DNA of 64,000 nt, taken from Verrucomicrobiia bacterium. Lineage in GTDB: Bacteria > Verrucomicrobiota > Verrucomicrobiia > Limisphaerales > DSYF01. The stretch spans positions 41,310 through 105,309 of the forward strand of contig DASTWL010000023.1 of assembly GCA_035765895.1 (NCBI GenBank), given 5' to 3'. The notes below the pieces were generated by a model. It did no database searches, was not told the DNA's origin, and was given only the letters and a program-made list of their open reading frames with translations. A program made the position numbers and the translations under genes. Of this stretch, positions 10,150 to 19,237 are shown one piece after another. Position 1 is the first letter of the stretch, and the number at the start of each line of letters is the position of its first letter.

Positions 10150-11283
10150 ATGGACGCAAGCCTTCCCCCCGCCAATGACGTGCCGCCCACGCCGTTCCCG
10201 GCTCCACCGGTCATTTTGCCGCCGAGCCCGCCACCGCCGCCGCGCAAAAGCCGCGGCTGGATGATGGCCGCGATCGCGCTGTGCGTGCTGCTGGGAATCA
10301 GCCTGCTTTTCAATTTTGGCCAGATGGTGAGCAGCGTGGCAAAACTTTCGCCCACACGCACCCGCGTCGGTGGTCCGCGCCTCGAAGAAATCATGGTCGA
10401 GGATCATGACTCACGCGACAAAATCGCCGTGGTGCCGATTGAAGGCATCATCTCCGGCGCGCGGGTGGACGGCACGGGTTACAACATGGTGGACGTGGTG
10501 AAGGAGCAATTGCGCCGCGCCGATGAAGACAACCGCGTGGCCGCGGTTATCCTGAAGGTGGATTCGCCCGGCGGCGAAGTGCTGGCCTCGGATGAAATCG
10601 CCAAGGCCATCCGTCGCTTTCAGGAGGAGAGCCGCAAGCCCGTGGTGGTCAGCATGGGCAATCTGGCCGCGTCCGGCGGTTACTACGTCTCCGCGCCGTG
10701 CCGTTACATCGTAGCCAACGACCTGACGATCACTGGCAGCATCGGCGTCATCATGAGCGGCCTGAACTACCGTGGATTGATGGATAAAATCGGGCTGCGG
10801 CCGATGGTGTTCAAAAGCGGCCGGTTCAAGGACATGCTCAGCGGCTCGCGCAGCCCGGAGGAAATCCCGGCGGAAGAAAAGCAGATGATGCAGCATCTCA
10901 TCTACGAGGTTTACGGCAAGTTCACCAACGTCGTCGCCCAAGGCCGCGCGGAGGCTCACAAGGCCAACGGCAAGGAGGGCCGGGAGCTCGCGGCGGATTG
11001 GACCGATTACGCCGATGGCCGCGTGTTGTCCGGCGCGGAAGCCTTGAAGCTCGGATTCGTGGATGAGCTCGGCGGCTTTGACAAGGCGGTGAGCCGCGCC
11101 GCCAAGATTGCCGGCGTGCGCCGCCCGAACGTGGTGGAATACCGTCCCATCGTGGAACTGGCCGATTTGCTGCGCCTCTTCGGCAAAACAGAAGCCAAAC
11201 CGCTCAAGGTGGACTTGGGCGTCGAGCTGCCCAAGTTGAAGGCGGGCCAGCCGTATTTCCTCTACGACACCGGCATTTACTGA
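10150..11283 (+). CDS. sppA: Signal peptide peptidase SppA (36K type)
   Basis: 377 aa. Pro-rich N-terminus plus a TM segment, then IAVVPIEGIISG...DSPGGEVLASDEI...MGNLAASGGYYVS...GSIGV. Confidence 0.85.
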   Translation: MDASLPPANDVPPTPFPAPPVILPPSPPPPPRKSRGWMMAAIALCVLLGISLLFNFGQMVSSVAKLSPTRTRVGGPRLEEIMVEDHDSRDKIAVVPIEGIISGARVDGTGYNMVDVVKEQLRRADEDNRVAAVILKVDSPGGEVLASDEIAKAIRRFQEESRKPVVVSMGNLAASGGYYVSAPCRYIVANDLTITGSIGVIMSGLNYRGLMDKIGLRPMVFKSGRFKDMLSGSRSPEEIPAEEKQMMQHLIYEVYGKFTNVVAQGRAEAHKANGKEGRELAADWTDYADGRVLSGAEALKLGFVDELGGFDKAVSRAAKIAGVRRPNVVEYRPIVELADLLRLFGKTEAKPLKVDLGVELPKLKAGQPYFLYDTGIY

Positions 11284-11291
11284 ACCGGACG

Positions 11292-11915
11292 ATGAAGGGC
11301 GTCACGGTCATCAACCACCCGCTCGTCCAGCATAACCTGACCCGGTTGCGCGACGCCCGCACCGGCTCACAGGAGTTCCGCCGCGTGCTCGGCGAAGTGG
11401 CCTCGTTGATGGTTTACGAGGCCACCCGCTCGTTTCAACTCAACACCAAGCAGGTCAAAACGCCGCTCGCGCGAGCCGCGGGCTGCGACCTGAAACGCGA
11501 AGTTGTGCTGGTGCCCGTCTTGCGCGCGGGCCTGGGCATGCTCGACGCCATTCTGCAATTGATCCCCAACGCGCGCGTGGGGTTCATCGGCCTCAAGCGT
11601 GAGGAAAAAACCTTGCAGGCGAATTTTTATCACAAGAGCCTGCCCCAGGATTTGAGCCCGTTTGAAGTCATTCTCATCGATCCAATGCTGGCCACCGGCG
11701 GGAGTGCCGTGGCCGCGCTGGATTTACTCCACCAACACGGCGCCGAACGCGTCCGGCTGGTCAGTCTTGTCGCCGCGCCGGAGGGCATTCGCAAAGTCCG
11801 CCAGACTCACCGCACGCTGCCCATTTTCACCGCCGCCATCGACCAGCGATTGAACGAGTGCGGCTACATCATTCCCGGTCTCGGAGATGCCGGGGACCGG
11901 CTGTTTGGGGTGTGA
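11292..11915 (+). CDS. upp: Uracil phosphoribosyltransferase
   Basis: 207 aa. VINHPLVQHNLTRLRD...VPVLRAGLGM...ILIDPMLATGGSA...YIIPGLGDAGDRLFG. Confidence 0.92.
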   Translation: MKGVTVINHPLVQHNLTRLRDARTGSQEFRRVLGEVASLMVYEATRSFQLNTKQVKTPLARAAGCDLKREVVLVPVLRAGLGMLDAILQLIPNARVGFIGLKREEKTLQANFYHKSLPQDLSPFEVILIDPMLATGGSAVAALDLLHQHGAERVRLVSLVAAPEGIRKVRQTHRTLPIFTAAIDQRLNECGYIIPGLGDAGDRLFGV

Positions 11916-12145
11916 GCGGCCCGGGCCTTGGACCGCCCGGCCGTTGAACAAAATCCGCCTGGCTTGGTCGAAACGAAATCGGGATTGGTCGGCCACCAGA
12001 AAGCCGTTCTTCTGGGGAAGATGATCTGAATTCAAGCACGCAAATATCGTTGCCGTAGCGGGCAAGGACTGCTGCAATGGCACGGCGGGCAACGACCCCG
12101 GGCAATTCAAACCGGATCCCAAGACAACCAGAAACCTGAATCCTT

Positions 12146-13255
12146 ATGGCCGCAAAACGCTTGAAGACTGCCGCGAAGCAGCGCACCCAACGCGCTCCGC
12201 AGAAAGCCGTTTCCCGACGTGCAACGCCGCGGTCGCGCGCCCGTCTGACCCCCTCCGCGTCCGGCCCGTCCCGGCGACGTCCGGGAAAGCCGGCGCCCGG
12301 GAAGAAGCCGTTGCCACCGGCCAAAGCAGCGCCGGAGTTCCCCGAGCCGAGGAATATCAGGCCGGCCACCGAACCCGCAGTAGTTGCCGCCCCCGAACCG
12401 GTGGTGGAAGAGGAACGCACCCGTTCGAGCTACGATGGCGACACGGCGATCAAGCTTTACCTGCGCGAAATCGGCAAAGTGCCGCTGCTGACGCCGCAGG
12501 AGGAAATCGAACTCGCCGCGCACATCAAGAAGGGCGACAAAAAAGCGCGCGAGCACATGATCAAGGCGAACCTCCGCCTCGTCGTAAAGATTGCCCGCGA
12601 TTACGAGGGCATCGGCCTGCCGCTGCTTGATTTGATCAGCGAAGGCAACATCGGCCTGATGAAGGCGGTGGAACGCTTTGACCCGGCCAAGGGCGGCAAA
12701 CTGTCCACCTACGGCTCCTGGTGGATCAAGCAATCCATCAAGCGCGCCCTCGCGAATCAGTCCAAAACGATCCGGCTGCCCGTGCATCTGGTGGACAAGA
12801 TTTCCAAGATGCGCCGCACCGCGATGCGCCTGCAGGAGGAACTTGGCCGCGAACCCACGGACGAGGAACTTGGCGGCGAACTGGGCATTTCCCCCGCCCG
12901 GGTGGCGCAGATGCGCCAGGCCTCCATCCGGCCCGCCTCGCTCGACGCGCCCATCGGCGACGAGGATTCCAACAATTTCGCCGAGATCGTGCAGGACGAA
13001 AACGCGACCTCGCCCTACGAAAACCTCGAAGACAAGACGGTCACGGACATGCTGCGTGAGATGGTCACCACGCTCGACCCGCGGGAGGAAACCATTCTGC
13101 GGTTCCGTTTTGGCCTGGATGGCGGCACGGAAAAGACGCTGGAGGAAGTGGGCAAAAAATTCGGCGTCACCCGCGAACGCGTGCGGCAGATTCAAAACAT
13201 CGCGCTCAAGAAGCTGCGCCGCATGATTGAAAAGCTTGAGGCCACGAAGACTTAA
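12146..13255 (+). CDS. RNA polymerase sigma-70 factor, RpoD/SigA family, with basic Pro/Lys/Arg-rich N-terminal extension
   Basis: 369 aa. Regions 1.2-4.2 are present: YLREIGKVPLLTPQEEIELA, ANLRLVVKIARDY, LDLISEGNIGLMKAVERFD, TIRLPVHL, EVGKKFGVTRERVRQIQNIALKKLR. Confidence 0.85.
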   Translation: MAAKRLKTAAKQRTQRAPQKAVSRRATPRSRARLTPSASGPSRRRPGKPAPGKKPLPPAKAAPEFPEPRNIRPATEPAVVAAPEPVVEEERTRSSYDGDTAIKLYLREIGKVPLLTPQEEIELAAHIKKGDKKAREHMIKANLRLVVKIARDYEGIGLPLLDLISEGNIGLMKAVERFDPAKGGKLSTYGSWWIKQSIKRALANQSKTIRLPVHLVDKISKMRRTAMRLQEELGREPTDEELGGELGISPARVAQMRQASIRPASLDAPIGDEDSNNFAEIVQDENATSPYENLEDKTVTDMLREMVTTLDPREETILRFRFGLDGGTEKTLEEVGKKFGVTRERVRQIQNIALKKLRRMIEKLEATKT

Positions 13256-13272
13256 GCCCAACATCCGGCGAA

Positions 13273-13812
13273 ATGATGAGCCAAGCAACGCCGACGCCGG
13301 CTGACATCGAGCGCGCCATTCGCAACGTCCCGGATTTCCCCAAACCGGGCATCCAGTTCAAGGACATCACCCCGGTGCTCGCCGACGCGCGCTTGTTTCG
13401 CGGCGCCATCGCGGAACTGATCAAGCCGTTCGAACCCGGTTCAGTGGATGCCGTGGTGGGCATCGATGCGCGCGGCTTCATTTTTGCCTCCGCCGCCGCC
13501 GTGCAGTTGCAGGCCGGTTTCGTGCCGGTGCGCAAGAAGGGCAAGCTGCCCTACACGACCTTGGAACAGGATTACGCGCTGGAATACGGCGTCTCGACCG
13601 TGGCGATGCATACTGACGCCTTGAAGCCCGGCGCCCGCGTCATCCTCATTGATGATCTGCTGGCAACGGGCGGCACGGCCGCGGCCGCGGCGGAACTCGT
13701 CAAAAAACTGGGCGCGCACATTCTGGAGGCGTCCTTCCTGATTGAGCTCAGCTTCCTCAAAGGCCGGGAAAAACTGCCGGGCGTGCCCGTGCGCTCCGTC
13801 GTCTGTTACTGA
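13273..13812 (+). CDS. apt: Adenine phosphoribosyltransferase
   Basis: 179 aa. DFPKPGIQFKDITPVL...VVGIDARGFIF...ILIDDLLATGGTA. Confidence 0.92.
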   Translation: MMSQATPTPADIERAIRNVPDFPKPGIQFKDITPVLADARLFRGAIAELIKPFEPGSVDAVVGIDARGFIFASAAAVQLQAGFVPVRKKGKLPYTTLEQDYALEYGVSTVAMHTDALKPGARVILIDDLLATGGTAAAAAELVKKLGAHILEASFLIELSFLKGREKLPGVPVRSVVCY

Positions 13813-13824
13813 CTGCCGCCCGCG

Positions 13825-16065
13825 ATGCATGCGTTGCAGGCCATCGACGAAGCGCTGTTCCGGCTGATCAATCAACGGCTGGCCAATCCGCTCTTCGACG
13901 TGCTGATGCCGTTCCTGAGCGGCAACAAACTGTTCGTTCCCGAAGTGGTGCTGGTCGCCGGCCTGCTGCTCTGGCGCGGCCGGGCCAAAGGGCGGATGTA
14001 TCTGCTCGTGCTGGTCATTCTGATGTCGATGGGCGACGGGCTGGTCTGCAATTCACTCAAGCATTATTTCCAACGGCCCCGACCATTCGTCACGCTGGCG
14101 GACGCCCGGCGTCCCGGCGTGGCGCCAAAGGTAATCGCGGGGTTGAAACCCGCCACCGCCCCGCCGGGCGATGTCAGCCAAGCGCCGCGCCCGCGCGGTT
14201 CGCCCAGCTTCAGCATGCCCTCGGCGCACGCGTTCAACTGGGGTGCCGCCACGCTCATCACCCTGCTCTTCTACCGCCGCAGCTGGCGTTTCATGGTGCC
14301 GCTGGCGCTGGCCGTGGCGTATTCGCGGGTTTACAACGGTGTGCATTATCCCGGCGACGTGCTGGCCGGCTTGATTCTGGGCGGCACCTACGGCTTTGCC
14401 GGCGTCATCACCCTCAGCGCGCTCTGGAACAGCGCCGGCCGCAAATTGTTTCCGCAATGGTGGCAGCGCCTGCCCGACATCGTGCATCCGGTGGTTCGTC
14501 CGCCGGTTGCCGGGGACGCCGCCGCGCAGGATCGTCAATGGATCCGCCTGGGCTGGCTGGTGCTTCTGGGACTCTTCATTGGCCGCCTGTTTTATCTCGC
14601 CAGCGGCACCATCCAGCTCAGCGAGGACGAAGCCTACCAGTGGCTTTGGTCCAAGCACATGGCGCTGTCCTACTACAGCAAACCGTTGGGCATAGCCGTG
14701 GCCCAGTGGGTGGGAACGCATCTTTGGGGCGACACCGAACTCGGCGTGCGGTTTGTATCGCCGCTGTTCGCCGCGATTCTGGGCGTGGTGATGCTGCATT
14801 TCCTCGCGCGTCACGCGAACGGACGCACGGCCTTTTGGTTTGTGCTGATTTGCACCGCCACACCGTTGCTGGCGGCGGGGGCCATCCTGTTGACCATTGA
14901 CCCGCTGGTCGTCTTTTTCTGGACGCTGGCGATGCTGGCCGCGTGGCGGGCCATCGAACGGGATTCCACCGGTTGGTGGGTGTGGTGCGGCTGCGGCATG
15001 GGCGCGGCGTTCCTGTGCAAATACATCTCGCCGTTTCAGTGGGCTTCGTTCGCGCTGTTCTTCATGCTGTGCCCGTCGGCCCGCGCGCAATTGCGTCGTC
15101 CCGGGCCCTGGCTGGCACTCGGCATCAACCTCCTCGCCACCCTGCCCGTCGTCATCTGGAACCAGCAGAACGGCTGGATCACCCTGACGCACCTCAAGGA
15201 ACGCGGCGCCCTGGAACAAGCGTGGCACCCCACCCTGCGGTTTTTCTTTGAATTCGTTGGCGGCCAGTTGGGCCTGCTGAATCTCGCCTTTGCCATCGCC
15301 ATCCTCTGGGCCACCGTGGGATTTTTCCGGCGGGATTTCAAACAGCGCGCCGGCGGCTCCGGCTCAATCCGGCTCGAACTCTTTTTGCTGTGCCAGGGCC
15401 TGGTCGTGTTTGTGTTCTACACGCTTTACACCTTCCACTCGCGGGTCCAATTGAACTGGGCCGCGGCCGGCGTGATGCCGCTGTTTTTGTTCGCCACGTT
15501 GTGGTGGCACCGGCGCTGGCAGAACGGCAGCCGCGTCCCCGTCTGGTTCCTTTCGCTCGGGCTGGGCCTGGGCCTGCCGGCAATCGTTTTCGTCCACAAC
15601 ACCGATCTGGTGCAAAAGGTCTTTGGCAAGCCATTCCCGGGGCGCATCGACCCGCTGCACCGTTTGCGCGGCTACGATGAGATGGCTCGCATCGTGGGCG
15701 AACAACGCCAACGCCTGCTGGCCGAGGGCAAGCCCGTGTTCATCATCGCGGATCATTACAGCCGCACGGGCGAGCTGAGTTTTTACCTGCCCGAAGCCCG
15801 GCCGCTCGTCGGCGGCGATTCGCTCATCAAGATGCACAAGGGCGAGCACCCGCACGATCAAGTCTGGTTCTGGCCCGGCTATGGGATGGACGGCCTGACC
15901 GGCCAGAACGCCCTCTTCGTCTCGGAGAACGACGATCCACGGCCGCCGCCGGACTGGCTCGTCGCAGCCTTCGGCAGCGTGACGGACTTGGGCCTGTTCG
16001 ACATCAATTACAAAGGGCGGAATTATGATCGCATCCAGCTCTTTGCCTGCCGGGACAAGCGTTGA
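13825..16065 (+). CDS. Fusion protein: N-terminal PAP2 phosphatase + C-terminal GT39/ArnT-like (PMT_2) membrane glycosyltransferase
   Basis: 746 aa. PAP2 motifs KHYFQRPRP, PSAH and SRVYNGVHYPGDV fall in the first ~200 aa. They are followed by SEDEAYQWLWSKHMALSYYSKPLG and a polytopic region typical of ArnT/PMT-family transferases. Confidence 0.75.
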   Translation: MHALQAIDEALFRLINQRLANPLFDVLMPFLSGNKLFVPEVVLVAGLLLWRGRAKGRMYLLVLVILMSMGDGLVCNSLKHYFQRPRPFVTLADARRPGVAPKVIAGLKPATAPPGDVSQAPRPRGSPSFSMPSAHAFNWGAATLITLLFYRRSWRFMVPLALAVAYSRVYNGVHYPGDVLAGLILGGTYGFAGVITLSALWNSAGRKLFPQWWQRLPDIVHPVVRPPVAGDAAAQDRQWIRLGWLVLLGLFIGRLFYLASGTIQLSEDEAYQWLWSKHMALSYYSKPLGIAVAQWVGTHLWGDTELGVRFVSPLFAAILGVVMLHFLARHANGRTAFWFVLICTATPLLAAGAILLTIDPLVVFFWTLAMLAAWRAIERDSTGWWVWCGCGMGAAFLCKYISPFQWASFALFFMLCPSARAQLRRPGPWLALGINLLATLPVVIWNQQNGWITLTHLKERGALEQAWHPTLRFFFEFVGGQLGLLNLAFAIAILWATVGFFRRDFKQRAGGSGSIRLELFLLCQGLVVFVFYTLYTFHSRVQLNWAAAGVMPLFLFATLWWHRRWQNGSRVPVWFLSLGLGLGLPAIVFVHNTDLVQKVFGKPFPGRIDPLHRLRGYDEMARIVGEQRQRLLAEGKPVFIIADHYSRTGELSFYLPEARPLVGGDSLIKMHKGEHPHDQVWFWPGYGMDGLTGQNALFVSENDDPRPPPDWLVAAFGSVTDLGLFDINYKGRNYDRIQLFACRDKR

Positions 16066-16078
16066 GATCCCCGGCGGC

Positions 16079-17041
16079 ATGGGCGCGCGGTTTTCCGTGC
16101 GCGACTACGACCTCACGGCAACGCTCACCAGCGGACAGGCGTTTCGCTGGCAACGCCGCGGCGATGCCTGGGAAGGCGTGGTGGGCGGCCGCTGGGTCCG
16201 CCTGCGTTCCGACCGGAACGGGCTGGAGGCTGCCACCGTCGTCCCCCAAACCGACTGGACCTGGCTGACACGTTACCTGCGGCTGGACGATGACCTGCCC
16301 GCCATCCTGGCGAGCTTTCCGCAGGACGAACCGCTGCGCGCGGCCGTTGCCTACTGCCCCGGCCTGCGGCTGCTGCGGCAGGAACCCTGGGAATGCCTCG
16401 CCAGTTTCATCCTGAGTTCCACCAAGCAAATCGTGCAAATCCAGCAATGCGCCGCCCGGTTGTGCGAGCGGTTTGGAGAACCCATTCCGGCGCCGGCCGA
16501 GGCGGGACGCCAGTTCGCCTTTCCAACCGCCGTGCGGCTCGCGCAGGCCACGGAAACGGAGTTGCGCGAATGCCGGATCGGTTTTCGCGCCAAATACCTG
16601 CGGGCGGCAGCCGGCCTGGTGGCGGCGGGCGCGCTGAATCTTGCCGCGCTCCCGGCCGTGCCGCTGGCGGAAGCGCGGGAACAGTTGATGCGCTGCCCGG
16701 GCGTGGGCCGGAAGATTGCCGATTGCGTGCTGCTGTTTGCCTGCGGTTTTGAGACGGCGTTTCCCATCGATGTGTGGATCGAACGCGCGCTGCAATCACT
16801 GTATTTTCACCGGCGCCGTCCGACGCGAAAACGGCTGGAGCACTTTGCCGCCACCTATTTCGGTCCTTACGCCGGTTTCGCCCAGCAGTTTCTCTTTCAC
16901 CACCTGCGCACCAATCGGGCACCAACCTTTCCGCAGATCGCCGGCTCCGGAAGAAAAAGCCGGTTCAAACCGGCGGCGGGCGCTGCGCCAGCCACCGGTC
17001 ATGCCAGCGCCGCGCCAGCAAGGCGCAGCCAAACCCGATGA
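16079..17041 (+). CDS. HhH-GPD DNA glycosylase, 8-oxoguanine (OGG)-type
   Basis: FSVRDYDLTATLTSGQAFRWQ... and the HhH-GPD element CPGVGRKIADCVLLFA...PIDVWI. ATG at 16079 chosen. The 3' tail overlaps the convergent PAP2 gene by 77 nt. Confidence 0.75.
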   Translation: MGARFSVRDYDLTATLTSGQAFRWQRRGDAWEGVVGGRWVRLRSDRNGLEAATVVPQTDWTWLTRYLRLDDDLPAILASFPQDEPLRAAVAYCPGLRLLRQEPWECLASFILSSTKQIVQIQQCAARLCERFGEPIPAPAEAGRQFAFPTAVRLAQATETELRECRIGFRAKYLRAAAGLVAAGALNLAALPAVPLAEAREQLMRCPGVGRKIADCVLLFACGFETAFPIDVWIERALQSLYFHRRRPTRKRLEHFAATYFGPYAGFAQQFLFHHLRTNRAPTFPQIAGSGRKSRFKPAAGAAPATGHASAAPARRSQTR

Positions 17042-17693
17042 TCACCGACGCAAGTGTGTCGGAGAAGTGGTGCGCGCTGAAATAAATCCGCGACCACGCC
17101 ACCGCCAGCATCCAAGGCACCAGAACCCAGCCGAGCGAGTTGCCGATCACCAACAAGGCAAACGCACAGCCCGCCGCGGTGGCCGTGTGGCCCGAGGGGA
17201 AGGAGTTGTAGGCGTTCTTCGTGCAGACCCAGCGGCCGTTGTGATACGGGCCAAACCATCCCTGTTCCACCGTGTTGCTCGGGCGCGCCCGGCCAATCGC
17301 TCCGCGCAGGACCACGGACGAAAGACCGGCCAAGGTTGAACCAATCAGAAAAATCAGAACGGCCCGTTTCCATTGCGGCCGCCACCGCCAGGCAACCCCC
17401 AGCGCCAGCAGTCCCGCCAGCAGCGCCCACTGGCCCTTGGCGCTTTCGCTGAGCCATTCAGCGAGGTGGTCCAGGCCCGGCCGGGTCACTCCGGTGATCC
17501 AGCCATCCACCTGAGCATCCACGCGGGTGGCCGCGGCAATCAACGCCACGGCACCGGCCAAACCAGCCAGCCACCCTGCCCACCGTCGGGGGGATTTTGC
17601 CGGTTCCAACCGCGCCGGCTCGATGGTCGCCACCTGGGCATTCATGTGCGGTTCAGGGTGCCGCGTGGCGGGTGACGGTTCGGTGTCGGACAT
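16965..17693 (-). CDS. PAP2-family membrane phosphatase
   Basis: 242 aa. SFPSGHTATAAG and SRIYFSAHHFSDTLAS motifs, multiple TM segments. Confidence 0.75.
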   Translation of the reverse strand: MSDTEPSPATRHPEPHMNAQVATIEPARLEPAKSPRRWAGWLAGLAGAVALIAAATRVDAQVDGWITGVTRPGLDHLAEWLSESAKGQWALLAGLLALGVAWRWRPQWKRAVLIFLIGSTLAGLSSVVLRGAIGRARPSNTVEQGWFGPYHNGRWVCTKNAYNSFPSGHTATAAGCAFALLVIGNSLGWVLVPWMLAVAWSRIYFSAHHFSDTLASVIIGFGCALLARRWHDRWLAQRPPPV

Positions 17694-17711
17694 GTAACGA
17701 TTCTCCCAACA

Positions 17712-19229
17712 ATGTTTGTTGTTGGCCGGTCGGGATTCTGGAAGTCTGCCGGGGTGAGTTCAACAGGCAAATCGCCGGCCGCCGCCGAAATCTGGCGCGA
17801 TCTCGCATGGCTGTTTCTGGCCTGCTTCGCCCTGCATGTGGCAGGCACGTGGTCGCTGCCGCTGTGCGACCGCGATGAGCCGCGCTTTGCCGAAGCCTCG
17901 CGCGAAATGCTGCAACGCGGCGACGCCATCGTGCCGTGGTTCAACAACCAGCCGCGCTACGACAAGCCGCCGTTGATTTATTGGTGCCAAATCGCCGCCT
18001 ACGCGGCAACGGGCCAGAATGAATTCAGCGCCCGCCTGCCATCGGTGATCGCGTCGGCCCTGACCTCGCTCGCGTTGTATGGCTTCGGCCGGCGTCTGCG
18101 TGGGCGAACCACCGGGCTTTGGGCGGCCATTCTGTTTGCCACCTGCGCGCAGACCATCGTGCATTCCAAACTCGCCGTGGCGGACATGCTGATGATTCTG
18201 TTCTTCACCACCGCGGCGTGGAGCGCCTGGGAACTCTCACGTCCGTCCCCGACCGCGCCGGACCGACGCTGGTGGTGGGCGCTCGGCGGGTCATTGGGAC
18301 TGGCCTTTCTGGCCAAAGGCCCCGTGGGCCTGCTGCCCGCACTGTTCCCGTTCCTCGCCGCCCGGGTGGCCGGCCGGCCCGCTCCGTCCCGCCAAATCCG
18401 GCCGGTGCGACTGGCCATCGTCGTGCTGGCACTCATCGCCCTCTGGGGCATTCCGGCCCTGGTGCTGACGCACGGTGACTTCTGGCGCGTGGGCATGGGA
18501 AAGCACGTCTTCCAACGCTCCATCGGCGTGCTGGATGGCCATGGTGGTTCGAATCTCCTGAAGTATCTCGCCACTGTGCCGCTCTATTTTGGCACAGTGT
18601 TCGTGAGCTTTTTCCCCTGGTCCATCTGGCTCGTGTGGCTGGTGCGACGGCTTTGGCAGCGGAAACGCGCGCTGGAATTTGACGAGGCCTTCCTGCTGAC
18701 CGGAACGTTGTTGGTGTTTGGCATCTTCAGCCTGGTGCGGACCAAACTGCCGCACTACACGCTGCCCGCCTTTCCCCTGATGGGCCTCTTGCTGGTGCGC
18801 GAATGGAGCCGCGCGGGCAGTTCACTGCGCTGGCCGGCGCGGGCGGCCGCCGGCATGGCCGCACTGGCACTGACACTTTCGTTGGTAGTCTTTCCGCGCC
18901 TCGCGCCGCTGTTCCCGGCGAAACAAATCGCCCGGGAATGTCAGCCCTGGCTGCGCCCCGAAACCGCGCTGGCTTCCGCCGATTACACTGAACCGAGCCT
19001 GTGCTGGTATTTTCGCCGGCACATCGCGGGCTTTCACAAAACGCTCACCACGGAAGAGCTCCCCGCCTTCATGGCTGAAACCGGCCCGCGCGTGTGCCTC
19101 CTGCCCACAGCCAAAGTGCCGGCCACCTTTCCGGCCGTGCCGACGGCATGGCATCGCGTTGAAGTGCGCGGTTTCAACCTGGCCAATGGCAAGCCGGTTA
19201 ACCTGACGGCACTGGTAAAATCCGACTGA
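17712..19229 (+). CDS. ArnT-like membrane glycosyltransferase (GT39/GT83, PMT_2)
   Basis: 505 aa. DRDEPRFAEASREMLQRGDAIVPWFNNQPRYDKPPLIYW plus about 10 TM segments. Confidence 0.8.
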   Translation: MFVVGRSGFWKSAGVSSTGKSPAAAEIWRDLAWLFLACFALHVAGTWSLPLCDRDEPRFAEASREMLQRGDAIVPWFNNQPRYDKPPLIYWCQIAAYAATGQNEFSARLPSVIASALTSLALYGFGRRLRGRTTGLWAAILFATCAQTIVHSKLAVADMLMILFFTTAAWSAWELSRPSPTAPDRRWWWALGGSLGLAFLAKGPVGLLPALFPFLAARVAGRPAPSRQIRPVRLAIVVLALIALWGIPALVLTHGDFWRVGMGKHVFQRSIGVLDGHGGSNLLKYLATVPLYFGTVFVSFFPWSIWLVWLVRRLWQRKRALEFDEAFLLTGTLLVFGIFSLVRTKLPHYTLPAFPLMGLLLVREWSRAGSSLRWPARAAAGMAALALTLSLVVFPRLAPLFPAKQIARECQPWLRPETALASADYTEPSLCWYFRRHIAGFHKTLTTEELPAFMAETGPRVCLLPTAKVPATFPAVPTAWHRVEVRGFNLANGKPVNLTALVKSD

Positions 19230-19237
19230 ATCGCTTG

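Noticed and set aside
16965-17041. Convergent coding overlaps: OGG with PAP2 (77 nt), and glcD-like with rsmI at 28835-28887 (53 nt).
   Set aside because: The overlapping tails are low-complexity C-termini in high-GC DNA where stops are rare. This is most likely an ordinary 3' overlap rather than a functional feature.
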